Assembly (NCBI GenBank): GCA_965214935.1
Contig: CBDCCS010000010.1
Coordinates: 224,001 to 288,000 of the forward strand
DNA from: Candidatus Velthaea sp.
Lineage (GTDB): Bacteria > Vulcanimicrobiota > Vulcanimicrobiia > Vulcanimicrobiales > Vulcanimicrobiaceae
DNA: 64,000 bases
Reading direction: 5' to 3'
Shown here: positions 50,844 through 59,100 of the stretch, piece after piece
Numbering within the stretch: position 1 is the first letter of the stretch
Layout of the letters: the number at the start of each line of letters is the position of its first letter
Notes under the pieces: generated by a model
What the model was told of the DNA's origin: nothing
The model's input: the letters and a program-made list of their open reading frames with translations, nothing else
The model's database searches: none
Made by a program: the position numbers and the translations under genes

Positions 50844-51910
50844 CGGACGCCGACCGGGCCGGGCGCGGTTGCGACACCCGCCTCGGCGAACGTTTTCATC
50901 TCACGTATCATACGCGCCGCCGACTCGATGAGCGGCAGTGCCAGTGCAGCACCGCTCGCTTCACCCAACCGCAGATCGAGATTGAAGAGCGGCCGTAATC
51001 CGAGCGCTTCGAGCGCCAGTGCGTGACCGGTTTCTTGCGAACGGTGTGCAGCGATGCAGTATTGCAGCGCATTGGGTGCGATCGCACCGGCGATCAAGGC
51101 GGCCGCCGCAACGATGAAACCATCGAGCACGATCGGCATGCGTGCCCGCGCGGCACACAGAATCACACCGGCTAAACCGACGATCTCGTAGCCGCCCATT
51201 TCACTAGCGATCTCCTCCCAGGTGAAGTCCTCGCAGCGCGCGAGCGACTTTTCAACGGCACGCACTTTTCGCTCGTACCGTTCGTCGTCGATCCCCGTTC
51301 CGCGTCCGACGACCTCGCGCGCCGGACGCCCGGTAAAAGCGGCAACGATCGCAGCGGCGCTCGTCGTGTTGCCGATGCCCATTTCGCCCAGAGCAATCAC
51401 ATCGCACGGAGCCGCAGCAACTGCGGCATCGAACGCCGCAATGCCCGCGGCGATCGTATAACCGACATCGTCCCGTCGAATCGCCGGCCGGCGCGCAAGA
51501 TTCGCCGTGCCGTAGCCGACGTTGACGTCAAAGAGGCGCGGGTGAACGCCGAGCGCCTCGCGCACGCCGAAATTCGCAACGAAGACCTCGGCGCGAGCCG
51601 TGCGCGCAAAGGCATTTATCGCCGCAAAACCGGCCAGAAATCCACCAACCATCTGGGCGGTGACCTCCGGCGGATATGCGCTCACGCCGTCGGCGGCGAC
51701 ACCGTGATCGCCGGCGCCGACGAGTATCGTGCGCCGCTCGTAATTGTGCGCGGGCGTCCCGCCGGCGATGGCCGCAAGCTGAACCGCCAACTCTTCGATG
51801 CGACCGAGACTTCCGACGGGTTTGATCAACCCGTCGATGCGCTCGCGCGCACGCACGCCGGCGTCACCATCGATCGGCACGATCGCCGCGCGGAACTCGT
51901 TTGGATCCAT
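50840..51910 (-). CDS. cobT: Nicotinate-nucleotide-dimethylbenzimidazole phosphoribosyltransferase
   Basis: KPVGSLGRIE, DHGV, GEMGIGNTT, GRGTG, LRLGEASG. Confidence 0.95.
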   Translation of the reverse strand: MDPNEFRAAIVPIDGDAGVRARERIDGLIKPVGSLGRIEELAVQLAAIAGGTPAHNYERRTILVGAGDHGVAADGVSAYPPEVTAQMVGGFLAGFAAINAFARTARAEVFVANFGVREALGVHPRLFDVNVGYGTANLARRPAIRRDDVGYTIAAGIAAFDAAVAAAPCDVIALGEMGIGNTTSAAAIVAAFTGRPAREVVGRGTGIDDERYERKVRAVEKSLARCEDFTWEEIASEMGGYEIVGLAGVILCAARARMPIVLDGFIVAAAALIAGAIAPNALQYCIAAHRSQETGHALALEALGLRPLFNLDLRLGEASGAALALPLIESAARMIREMKTFAEAGVATAPGPVGVR

Positions 51911-51918
51911 ACCGTCTT

Positions 51919-52551
51919 CTACGGCGCGAAAGTTGCCGAATCCGCGAGAGCAGGAGCGATTTCGTTGACGCAAGCAAGGTGCCAAGGAATGCTGCCCGCG
52001 CCGCTTAGCCGCATGATGCTCGCGGGCAAAAATGAAATGCCGAGGGCTGATTCATTCGGCTCGCCGAGTGCCACTCGCAACATAGCATGCATGACGCCGG
52101 CATGGGAAACGATAAGCGCGCGCCCGTGCGGTTTGAGCCGAGCGGCAAGTTCGCCGAAAATCGGCGCTATGCGAGCGCTGACTTCATCGAACGACTCGCC
52201 GTCCTCCGGTACGTATGAAGCCGGAGACGTCCGCGAGCGATCTGCCAGCTCCGGCGTCCGCGCGACGATTTCGTCCCACGTCAGACCTTCCCAACTGCCG
52301 AAGCGCATTTCCCGTAGCCGCGGTTCGGGTTCGATCGCAATGCCGCATGCAGCCCCGATCGCGGCGGCCGTCTGCGCCGCGCGTGTCAAATCGGAGGCAA
52401 CGGCAACATCGAAACGCTCGTGCCGCAGATGCAGCGCCAACGCTGCCGCCTGCGCGTGCCCTTCGGCATCGAGAGGAACGTCCGTCCGGCCTTGAAACCG
52501 CCGAGCCGCATTCCAGGCAGTACGGCCATGCCGAACGCAAACCAAATCCAT
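51919..52551 (-). CDS. cobC: Histidine phosphatase, probable alpha-ribazole phosphatase
   Basis: RHG, SDLTRA, EMRFGSWEG, SHAG; directly upstream of cobT-cobS. Confidence 0.75.
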   Translation of the reverse strand: MDLVCVRHGRTAWNAARRFQGRTDVPLDAEGHAQAAALALHLRHERFDVAVASDLTRAAQTAAAIGAACGIAIEPEPRLREMRFGSWEGLTWDEIVARTPELADRSRTSPASYVPEDGESFDEVSARIAPIFGELAARLKPHGRALIVSHAGVMHAMLRVALGEPNESALGISFLPASIMRLSGAGSIPWHLACVNEIAPALADSATFAP

Positions 52552-52567
52552 GTCGATGACCGCCTAT

Positions 52568-52595
52568 GAAAACGCCGGCTCGATCGGCCGGCGTT
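52568..52595 (-). terminator. Rho-independent terminator after the ferritin-like gene
   Basis: Stem AACGCCGGC/GCCGGCGTT ending in a TTTT run on the minus strand. Confidence 0.65.
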
Positions 52596-52627
52596 CACCA
52601 TGTCGCTTGAACGATAGTGACGAAGTT

Positions 52628-53212
52628 CTAGTCCGACTCCAGCATCGGCTTGCCTTCGTGAGCAACCAGTAAATCATGCATGTCGTTGGTATGCTCTTCC
52701 TCGGTTGCAAGAATTCCCTCGAGCATGATGCGCGTCGTCGGATCTTTGTCGCCGAAGTACCGAATCAATTCGCGATAATGATCGACTGCAATGCGCTCGG
52801 CAATATAATTCTCTTTAATCATATCGACGAGATTGTTGCCCTCGGCATATTGTGACGCCGAACGCGACGCCAGACCTTCCGGATTGAAGTTCGGTTTGCC
52901 GCCGAGCTGATTGATGCGCTCGGCCGCCAGCATCATGTGTTCTTGTTCTTCTTTAGCATGCTCCGCAAATTCTTCGCGAACGCTGTCGCTCGAGATTCCG
53001 GTCGCCGAAACTGCATGCATGGTATAGCGCAGTACGCAAACGATTTCAGTGGCGAGAACATTTTGCAGAATTTCGATTGCCAAGTTGACGTCGCCACCGT
53101 ACGTCTCGGTAATGTTACCACTCTCGAGATGGGCACGCGCCCGGCGTCGCAGCTCTTCGACGTCGGTTAGAAACGGCTGAGCGGGCGTGGTGGAATTCGT
53201 CGTTACAGTCAC
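52628..53212 (-). CDS. Ferritin-like (bacterioferritin/Dps-like) protein
   Basis: E..Y..H, EEQEH, ERINQLGG, EEEH di-iron motifs. Confidence 0.9.
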   Translation of the reverse strand: MTVTTNSTTPAQPFLTDVEELRRRARAHLESGNITETYGGDVNLAIEILQNVLATEIVCVLRYTMHAVSATGISSDSVREEFAEHAKEEQEHMMLAAERINQLGGKPNFNPEGLASRSASQYAEGNNLVDMIKENYIAERIAVDHYRELIRYFGDKDPTTRIMLEGILATEEEHTNDMHDLLVAHEGKPMLESD

Positions 53213-53976
53213 TTGAAAACGTTACCCGGCTGCCTTTCTTTCCAAACACAATCCGGCACGACGATATAACCATCGTTGAGATCACCGAAGACGCGATTGT
53301 TCGGCGGAGCGATTCCCCAACGCCAAATGAACGCTGCGATATACGCGCAACTGATTGCATCGAGCGTATCGTCCCAGCGTTTGTATCCTCGTGCCTGAAC
53401 GGCAGCCGGGATTCGCGCGTCGAGCACGAGCGGCGGATCCGCCCTTTGCAGCAGCCCGAGCGCCGCGCGATAGTCGGACCATTCATCGAGCACGCCGGGC
53501 CAATCACGCGCTTTCTTCTTGGAACGGAAAATGCGTTGCCGTCCGAACAACCGCACATGGGCGGGATGCGGGAATACCTCGAGTGCAACCGTTCGCGCAT
53601 CGTGAGGCCGAACGTCGAGCGCTTCGACAACGCCGTCGGGCTGCAATGCATCGAGAATCCGGCGTGCTCGGCCACCGTCGGGAAACCGGATGAGATTCGC
53701 CGGGTGCGGCGCAGCATGATGGACCCGGAAGACGGCGGCAAGCTCGCGTTCGCAGGCCCGCATGCCGGTGGCATTGCGGACGATCGTCGGCATGTCGATG
53801 CCGATGACGCCGCAATCACCGAGCTGTCCGCGCGTCCAAGCCAGCAGCGCCGCATCGTCGCGCAGATCGGCCCGAACGTCGATAAGCCGTCCGGCTGCGT
53901 CCAAGGCGGCGGCACCCGACGGATTGCGCTCGGACCAAGCCAGGTCAAGGCCGATGAAGCGCGGCCCGGTCAGCAT
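53209..53976 (-). CDS. DUF429 family protein (predicted RNase H-like fold)
   Basis: FIGLDLAWS, IGIDMP, LEVFPHPA, DTLDAISCA. Confidence 0.85.
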   Translation of the reverse strand: MLTGPRFIGLDLAWSERNPSGAAALDAAGRLIDVRADLRDDAALLAWTRGQLGDCGVIGIDMPTIVRNATGMRACERELAAVFRVHHAAPHPANLIRFPDGGRARRILDALQPDGVVEALDVRPHDARTVALEVFPHPAHVRLFGRQRIFRSKKKARDWPGVLDEWSDYRAALGLLQRADPPLVLDARIPAAVQARGYKRWDDTLDAISCAYIAAFIWRWGIAPPNNRVFGDLNDGYIVVPDCVWKERQPGNVFK

Positions 53977-54024
53977 CGGCTCGCGGCGTGGGGAAAGCGC
54001 CGGCGGGGCTGCGAAAGCCGGGGC

Positions 54025-54888
54025 ATGAGCGGTGAGCAACGACTCGGCATACGCAAAATGTATAAGCTCTTCATCGGCGGCGCTTTCGTCCGGTCGGAGT
54101 CGGCTCGCAGCGACGTCGTCGAGGGCGAAAACGTTGCGCGCGCTTCCCGCAAAGACGGCCGCGACGCGGTCGTTGCCGCACGTTCGGCTTTCGAGAGATG
54201 GCGCTCGCAAGCGCCGGCGCTGCGCGGGCTGGTGCTATACCGTTTGGCCGAGATGCTCGAAGCGCGCGCAGCCGAACTTGCGGCATCGCTGGTGCGCGGC
54301 GGAACCTGCGATGCCCAAGCGGCCCGGCGCGAGGTCCATGCCGCCATCGATCGCACCGTCTGGTATGCCGGCTGGTGCGACAAATACTTAGCATTGGCGT
54401 CTTCACACAACCCGGTGGCCGGTCCGTATCTGAGCGTCTCGACCGCCGAGCCGGCCGGGGTCGTTGCCGCCAGCGCACCCGACCGGCCGGCGTTACTAGG
54501 GCTGGTAACGACGGTGATCCCGCCGCTGGTAAGCGGGAACGCCGTTGTCGCATTCGCTTCGGAACGGGATCCGCGCACGGCGATCGTCTTCGCCGAGTGT
54601 GTCGCCACGAGCGATCTACCGGCCGGCGCGTGCAACATCTTGACCGGGGTGCGGGCCGACGTGCTTCCGATGCTGGCCGGACATATGGACGTCAACAGCT
54701 TCGCCGCCGCCGGTTTGCCCGGCGACGACGAACGCGCGTTGACCGAACTGGCAGCCGAAAACGTCAAGCGCACGCGCTTCGAGGCGGCGTCGGACGGAGC
54801 TGAATGGTTCGCCGAGCAGTACGACGATTTAGCGCGCGTTTTGGCCTTTACCGAGATCAAAACAACGTGGCAACCGAATCGCATCTAA
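54025..54888 (+). CDS. Short aldehyde dehydrogenase-like protein lacking the catalytic domain
   Basis: YKLFIGGAFVRSES, SRKDGRDAV, WYAGWCDK, EIKTTW; no ELGGK or catalytic Cys. Confidence 0.85.
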   Translation: MSGEQRLGIRKMYKLFIGGAFVRSESARSDVVEGENVARASRKDGRDAVVAARSAFERWRSQAPALRGLVLYRLAEMLEARAAELAASLVRGGTCDAQAARREVHAAIDRTVWYAGWCDKYLALASSHNPVAGPYLSVSTAEPAGVVAASAPDRPALLGLVTTVIPPLVSGNAVVAFASERDPRTAIVFAECVATSDLPAGACNILTGVRADVLPMLAGHMDVNSFAAAGLPGDDERALTELAAENVKRTRFEAASDGAEWFAEQYDDLARVLAFTEIKTTWQPNRI

Positions 54889-54904
54889 GTCCGGGCACCA
54901 CATT

Positions 54905-54989
54905 CGGAGAGGGGGAGATTCGAACTCCCGATACCTTGCGGTATGCTCGCTTTCCAAGCGAGTGCATTCGACCACTCTGCCACCTCTCC
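54905..54989 (-). tRNA. tRNA-Ser(GGA)
   Basis: GGAGAGGTGGCAGAGTGGTCGAATGC...TTGGAAA, long variable arm, GTTCGAATC. Confidence 0.96.
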
Positions 54990-55059
54990 GCGGCCGCGAT
55001 CCATTCGCGCCGAGCGACCGGCATTCCGGCTATGACGCCGGCAATGCCGCGCGTCCGCG

Positions 55060-57267
55060 ATGTCGAAGATTTCGCTGATGTTTGCTACTCTTTTCGCTGC
55101 ATTGCTGGTTGCCGCCGGAGGCCTGCACGTGCATCTCGTCGACGACGGCGGAGCGCCGATCGCCGGTGCCGTGATCGTCTTTCGGTCGGCTAGCGGAGCG
55201 GAAGCAACCGCCGTAACGAACTCCGGAGGCGACGCCGTTGCACCGGAGGGATTTGCTGCAGCGACGCTGCGCATCCGCGCGAGCGGGTTTACCGCGATGA
55301 ACCTGAGCGCAGATGTTGCAAGCATACCGATCGTTCTGCAGCGGGCGCCGGTCGTCATCGGCAGCGTGCGGGTTGCGACGGGGTCGGCGCGCAACTTGCA
55401 CCGGCTCGCCGTACCGGCGGCGACACTCGACCGCACCGCACTTGCGGCCACCCCCGCCTACGCCACCGACACAGTCCTGCGAGCGTTACCCGGCTTCGAC
55501 TTCGTGCGCAGCAATAGCGCGTTCACCAATTACGGCAATCTGCGCGTCTCATTTTCGGGCGCCGGCGAAGATCGCGGCTTGGTTTTCGCCGATGACGTGC
55601 CCGCCCAGGACGGTTTCGGCGGACAAGTCGATTGGCTCGCCTATCCGCCCGCGGGACTCGACTCCGTCGAACTCTTGCGCGGGCCGGGTGCGGCGCTTTA
55701 CGGTGCAAACGCCATCGGCGGCGTTCTGCAGTTGCGAACCTTTGCGCCGGCTTCGGATTGGCGCGCGTTGCCGGGCGGCTCGCTCGACCTCAGCGATGGA
55801 ACGCCGCATCGAACGAACGCTGCTGCGAATTACCGCTTCACGCTCGCGCCTAACGTCACCGCCGCGCTAACGACGCAGACCGGACACCAAGCCTATTACG
55901 ACTTGCCGCCGGGCTATGCGAGTGCCGCCGATCGCGAAGCGACCGCTTCGAGTTCTGCGACACGCGCGCAGGTGCGCTACGCTTTCGGCCGATCGTCGAT
56001 CGACCTCGGAACGTTGTTTGCAAACGACGCCCAATTCGAGGGCCGCCCGAGTTACACGTTCGCACGCGCGTTGAGTCAGACCGACATTCACTTTGCGGCA
56101 AGCGCCGGCCGGACGTCGATCGGCGTGAGTGCCTACGACCGCAATACGACGATCGTAAACACGAACGATCAAGCGCCGGCGGCCCCCGGCGTTTTGCGCT
56201 ACGTGCAGCGGATTCCGACCCAAGAAAGCGGCGTCGCTGCGACCTGGTTTTCGAGCGGAGCGTATAACGAAGTTGCACTGCGCGCCGACGAGCGTTTTGT
56301 TTCAGGCATCAGCACGCAAACCGGGCCGGCGGGGTTGCTGCAAAGTTCGGGCAGCGGCCGGCAACAATACGCCGGAGCAGCCCTCGAAGACACCTTCGAA
56401 CGCGGTCGCTTCCAACTCATCGGTGGTTTGCGCGCCGACCTCGTGACCTTTAGCGACGGCGCGTTACGGACGCCGGCATTCGTTCGCGCGCCCACCCGCG
56501 ATGACCGCGTCTTATCGCCGCGGCTTGCAGCGCGTTACGATCTGACGCGATCCCTTGCCTTGCGCGCTTCGACCGGCGGCGGATTCCGCGAACCGTTTCT
56601 CAACGAACTCTTACGCGGATACCGGATCGGCAACGCGGTATACACTCCCAATCCGAATCTCACGCCGGAACGCAGTAGAAGTTACGGCTTCGGCGCCGAT
56701 GCAATCGTGGGCTCCGGGCGGCTTGCGCTCGATATCGCAAGCACGGCGGTCAATAACGCAATCGAATTCGTGACGACCGCGCCGAACTCGCAAATTCGCA
56801 GCAACGTTGCACGAACGCAGACCGACGGCACGACCCTCACCTATACGGCGGCGTTCTCGGGCTGCACGCGTCTGCGTGCCTATGCCACGACGCAATACGG
56901 ACGAATCGTGAATGGACCGGCCGGTGATATCGGTAACCGGCTGCAATACGTCCCGTCGCGTTCGGCGGACGTCGCCGTTGATTCCGGAAGCCGCGCATTC
57001 GGCTACGGTGCCGATGTGGGATATGCCGGCGTAACGTTTGCCGACGACCGTAATACGCAGGTGTTGCCGGCGGCGCTCATACTCGGAGCGCACGTTACCC
57101 GGCCGCTCGGGGACGGCGCCGCGCTCACGCTCGAAGGAACGAACTTGAGCGGGACGCATTATCTGTCGAGCATCGACCGGTACGGTCCACCGCCCAGTGT
57201 CGATTTGCGGCTACGCTTCGGGTTGGGGCCGCAACTACGGGCCGCCGTCAATGCGGCGTGCCCGTAG
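55060..57267 (+). CDS. TonB-dependent receptor
   Basis: SVELLRGPGAALYGANAIGGV plug, SPRLAARY, GFREPFLNEL, NPNLTPERS. Confidence 0.9.
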   Translation: MSKISLMFATLFAALLVAAGGLHVHLVDDGGAPIAGAVIVFRSASGAEATAVTNSGGDAVAPEGFAAATLRIRASGFTAMNLSADVASIPIVLQRAPVVIGSVRVATGSARNLHRLAVPAATLDRTALAATPAYATDTVLRALPGFDFVRSNSAFTNYGNLRVSFSGAGEDRGLVFADDVPAQDGFGGQVDWLAYPPAGLDSVELLRGPGAALYGANAIGGVLQLRTFAPASDWRALPGGSLDLSDGTPHRTNAAANYRFTLAPNVTAALTTQTGHQAYYDLPPGYASAADREATASSSATRAQVRYAFGRSSIDLGTLFANDAQFEGRPSYTFARALSQTDIHFAASAGRTSIGVSAYDRNTTIVNTNDQAPAAPGVLRYVQRIPTQESGVAATWFSSGAYNEVALRADERFVSGISTQTGPAGLLQSSGSGRQQYAGAALEDTFERGRFQLIGGLRADLVTFSDGALRTPAFVRAPTRDDRVLSPRLAARYDLTRSLALRASTGGGFREPFLNELLRGYRIGNAVYTPNPNLTPERSRSYGFGADAIVGSGRLALDIASTAVNNAIEFVTTAPNSQIRSNVARTQTDGTTLTYTAAFSGCTRLRAYATTQYGRIVNGPAGDIGNRLQYVPSRSADVAVDSGSRAFGYGADVGYAGVTFADDRNTQVLPAALILGAHVTRPLGDGAALTLEGTNLSGTHYLSSIDRYGPPPSVDLRLRFGLGPQLRAAVNAACP

Positions 57268-57297
57268 CCCCAACGTCAGATCATTACCGGCGTTCGA

Positions 57298-57633
57298 TCA
57301 GCGCGGTGGTGTACCGGGCTGCGTTTGCCGGTTATGTTTATCGAAGTAGATACCGTCGGAGAGTGCGTTTTCACGCCGATTGAGATTGCGGTACTCGGCA
57401 GAGGTTAGATGACCGCCGTTCACAGCCAGATCGTGCCGCCGCGCGGCGTTGATCCGGTCGAGCCGGGCGTCGACGTGATTGTACTCGTTGCGTGTGAGCT
57501 GCCCGCTGCGAACGCCTTGATTGATGCGTGCCTGTTCGTGATGGATACGATTGTCGACCTCGCCGGCGCTCGCCGCGAGCGGAATGATTGCGATGCATAA
57601 AGCGGTTGCCGAAAGTGCTAATTGTTTGAGCAT
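57298..57633 (-). CDS. Small secreted helical protein with an internal repeat
   Basis: GGAGG SD; signal peptide ASA; repeats GQLTRNE and GHLTSAE. Confidence 0.8.
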   Translation of the reverse strand: MLKQLALSATALCIAIIPLAASAGEVDNRIHHEQARINQGVRSGQLTRNEYNHVDARLDRINAARRHDLAVNGGHLTSAEYRNLNRRENALSDGIYFDKHNRQTQPGTPPR

Positions 57634-57792
57634 TGTAGGCCTCCAGTAGTAAAGCGATTTATGACCGGAGTCTACAGTGTTATTCGGACGCAGAACGCTT
57701 TCATCACCGAACTTTCATTCAATTAACGGCTGCCTTTCATCTAACGCCGGGCGAAAGCCGGCGGACGTGAACCGGTCAATCGTGCTTCCGGA

Positions 57793-58923
57793 TTAATGTG
57801 TATTTGGCGGTAACAATGGAGCAACCCGCGCGAACGGCAAGCCGTAAAGCGTAATACCGTATTGTCCCCGCACCGTCGTTGCGCTAAAAAGCGCATCGTA
57901 GATCGCTGCCTGCGTTGCATCGACGGTCGCTGAAAATAGCGCGTCGATTCGATCTTCATCGGTCTCGAGCGGCGGACCGGCGACGCCGCCGGCGCGCGGA
58001 TACGTATGGCTCGTGCTTAACGCGATCATCAGATCGCCGCTCGAAACATGCGAGGTTGCACCGGTGCGTGCCAGGCCGAGCGCGGAGCGCTTCGTCAGGT
58101 CGCGCAAGCGCAGCGCATCGAGCGGAGCATCGGTGGCAACAACGATGATGATACTGCCGTCCGCGGCGCGCCCGCGTTGCGGCGGCGGCACAAACGAACT
58201 TGGATAGATCGGCAACAGCACGTCGCGCAGAGCTTCGCCGACATGCACGCCGTTGACCAGCAGTTCGCTGCGTGTACCGGTGTTAACGTTGACCAAGACG
58301 CCGACGGTATAACCACCGAGCGCTTTGGGCAACAACCGGGATGCCGAGCCGATCCCGCCTTTGAATCCGAACGCATGCATGCCGGTGCCGGCGCCTACGC
58401 TGCCTCGCGGAAAGTTGCCGCCGTGCGCTCGATCGAGCAGCGCCGTGACGTCCGCGGCATGAACGTGCCGGCCGGCGATATCGTTAAGGCCTTGGTCATC
58501 GCATTCGGCGACGACCGGCAGCGGCACATCGTCGCGGACGCCGATCATCGGGTTGTGCTCGATCATCCAACTCACGACGCCGTCATCGGCCCGGCCGATA
58601 TCCAGCGAGTCGGTGAGAACGATGGGCGTTTCGAGGAAGCCTGCTTGGTCGACCCAATGCGCGCCGGTCAGTTCGCCGTTACCGTTGAGATCGCTCGTCG
58701 CCGCGGCGACCCGGGTATTCCACGGATCAGTAGTGGCAATGATACCGGTCGCGCCGGTCCGCACGTTCTTCCCTTCGATCAGCGTTACGTGCGCCACCCG
58801 TACGCCGGGCACGTCGGTGATGCCGTCGTTTGGGCCGCTCGGCAACGTCCCGACGCGCACCGGCGACGCTCCGGCAAGCAGAAAACCCAGCAGCAGCAAA
58901 AGCGCGCGATCGCGTGCGTTCAT
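57793..58923 (-). CDS. P1/DmpA (S58) family aminopeptidase, probably exported
   Basis: ITDVPGVRVAH, NGNGELTG, GAGTGM, GS cleavage site DGSIIIVVATDAPL, SGD. Confidence 0.92.
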   Translation of the reverse strand: MNARDRALLLLLGFLLAGASPVRVGTLPSGPNDGITDVPGVRVAHVTLIEGKNVRTGATGIIATTDPWNTRVAAATSDLNGNGELTGAHWVDQAGFLETPIVLTDSLDIGRADDGVVSWMIEHNPMIGVRDDVPLPVVAECDDQGLNDIAGRHVHAADVTALLDRAHGGNFPRGSVGAGTGMHAFGFKGGIGSASRLLPKALGGYTVGVLVNVNTGTRSELLVNGVHVGEALRDVLLPIYPSSFVPPPQRGRAADGSIIIVVATDAPLDALRLRDLTKRSALGLARTGATSHVSSGDLMIALSTSHTYPRAGGVAGPPLETDEDRIDALFSATVDATQAAIYDALFSATTVRGQYGITLYGLPFARVAPLLPPNTH

Positions 58924-58997
58924 ACGCAAGCTAGTCGCGGAGCTTGCGCGCTTACCCTGGTGCTAGCCGAAAAGGAATTCCCGGACGACCAAAGCCC

Positions 58998-59026
58998 TTG
59001 ACTGCCGTTGCCGCGCATACTAGCTT
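58998..59026 (+). promoter_or_regulatory. Sigma70-type promoter of the pckA leader
   Basis: TTGACT-17 nt-TAGCTT. Confidence 0.65.
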
Positions 59027-59030
59027 GGGA

Positions 59031-59078
59031 ATGACCGTACAGCCGCCCCGGCCCGACCATTCCGGCGAAGCCGGCTGA
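59031..59078 (+). CDS. Candidate leader peptide MTVQPPRPDHSGEAG
   Basis: ATG directly after the promoter; its stop lies in a stem that encloses the pckA SD and start. Confidence 0.5.
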   Translation: MTVQPPRPDHSGEAG

Positions 59079-59100
59079 TGTCCCGAAAAGGAGCCCGCCG

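Noticed and set aside
53209..53976. DUF429 plus ferritin-like pair as a defence or encapsulin system
   Set aside because: No encapsulin shell, clear targeting peptide or defence partner genes nearby
59074..59090. CTGATG...CGAAA as a hammerhead ribozyme or fluoride riboswitch
   Set aside because: The core reads CUGAUGU rather than CUGANGA, and the required stems or pseudoknot are missing
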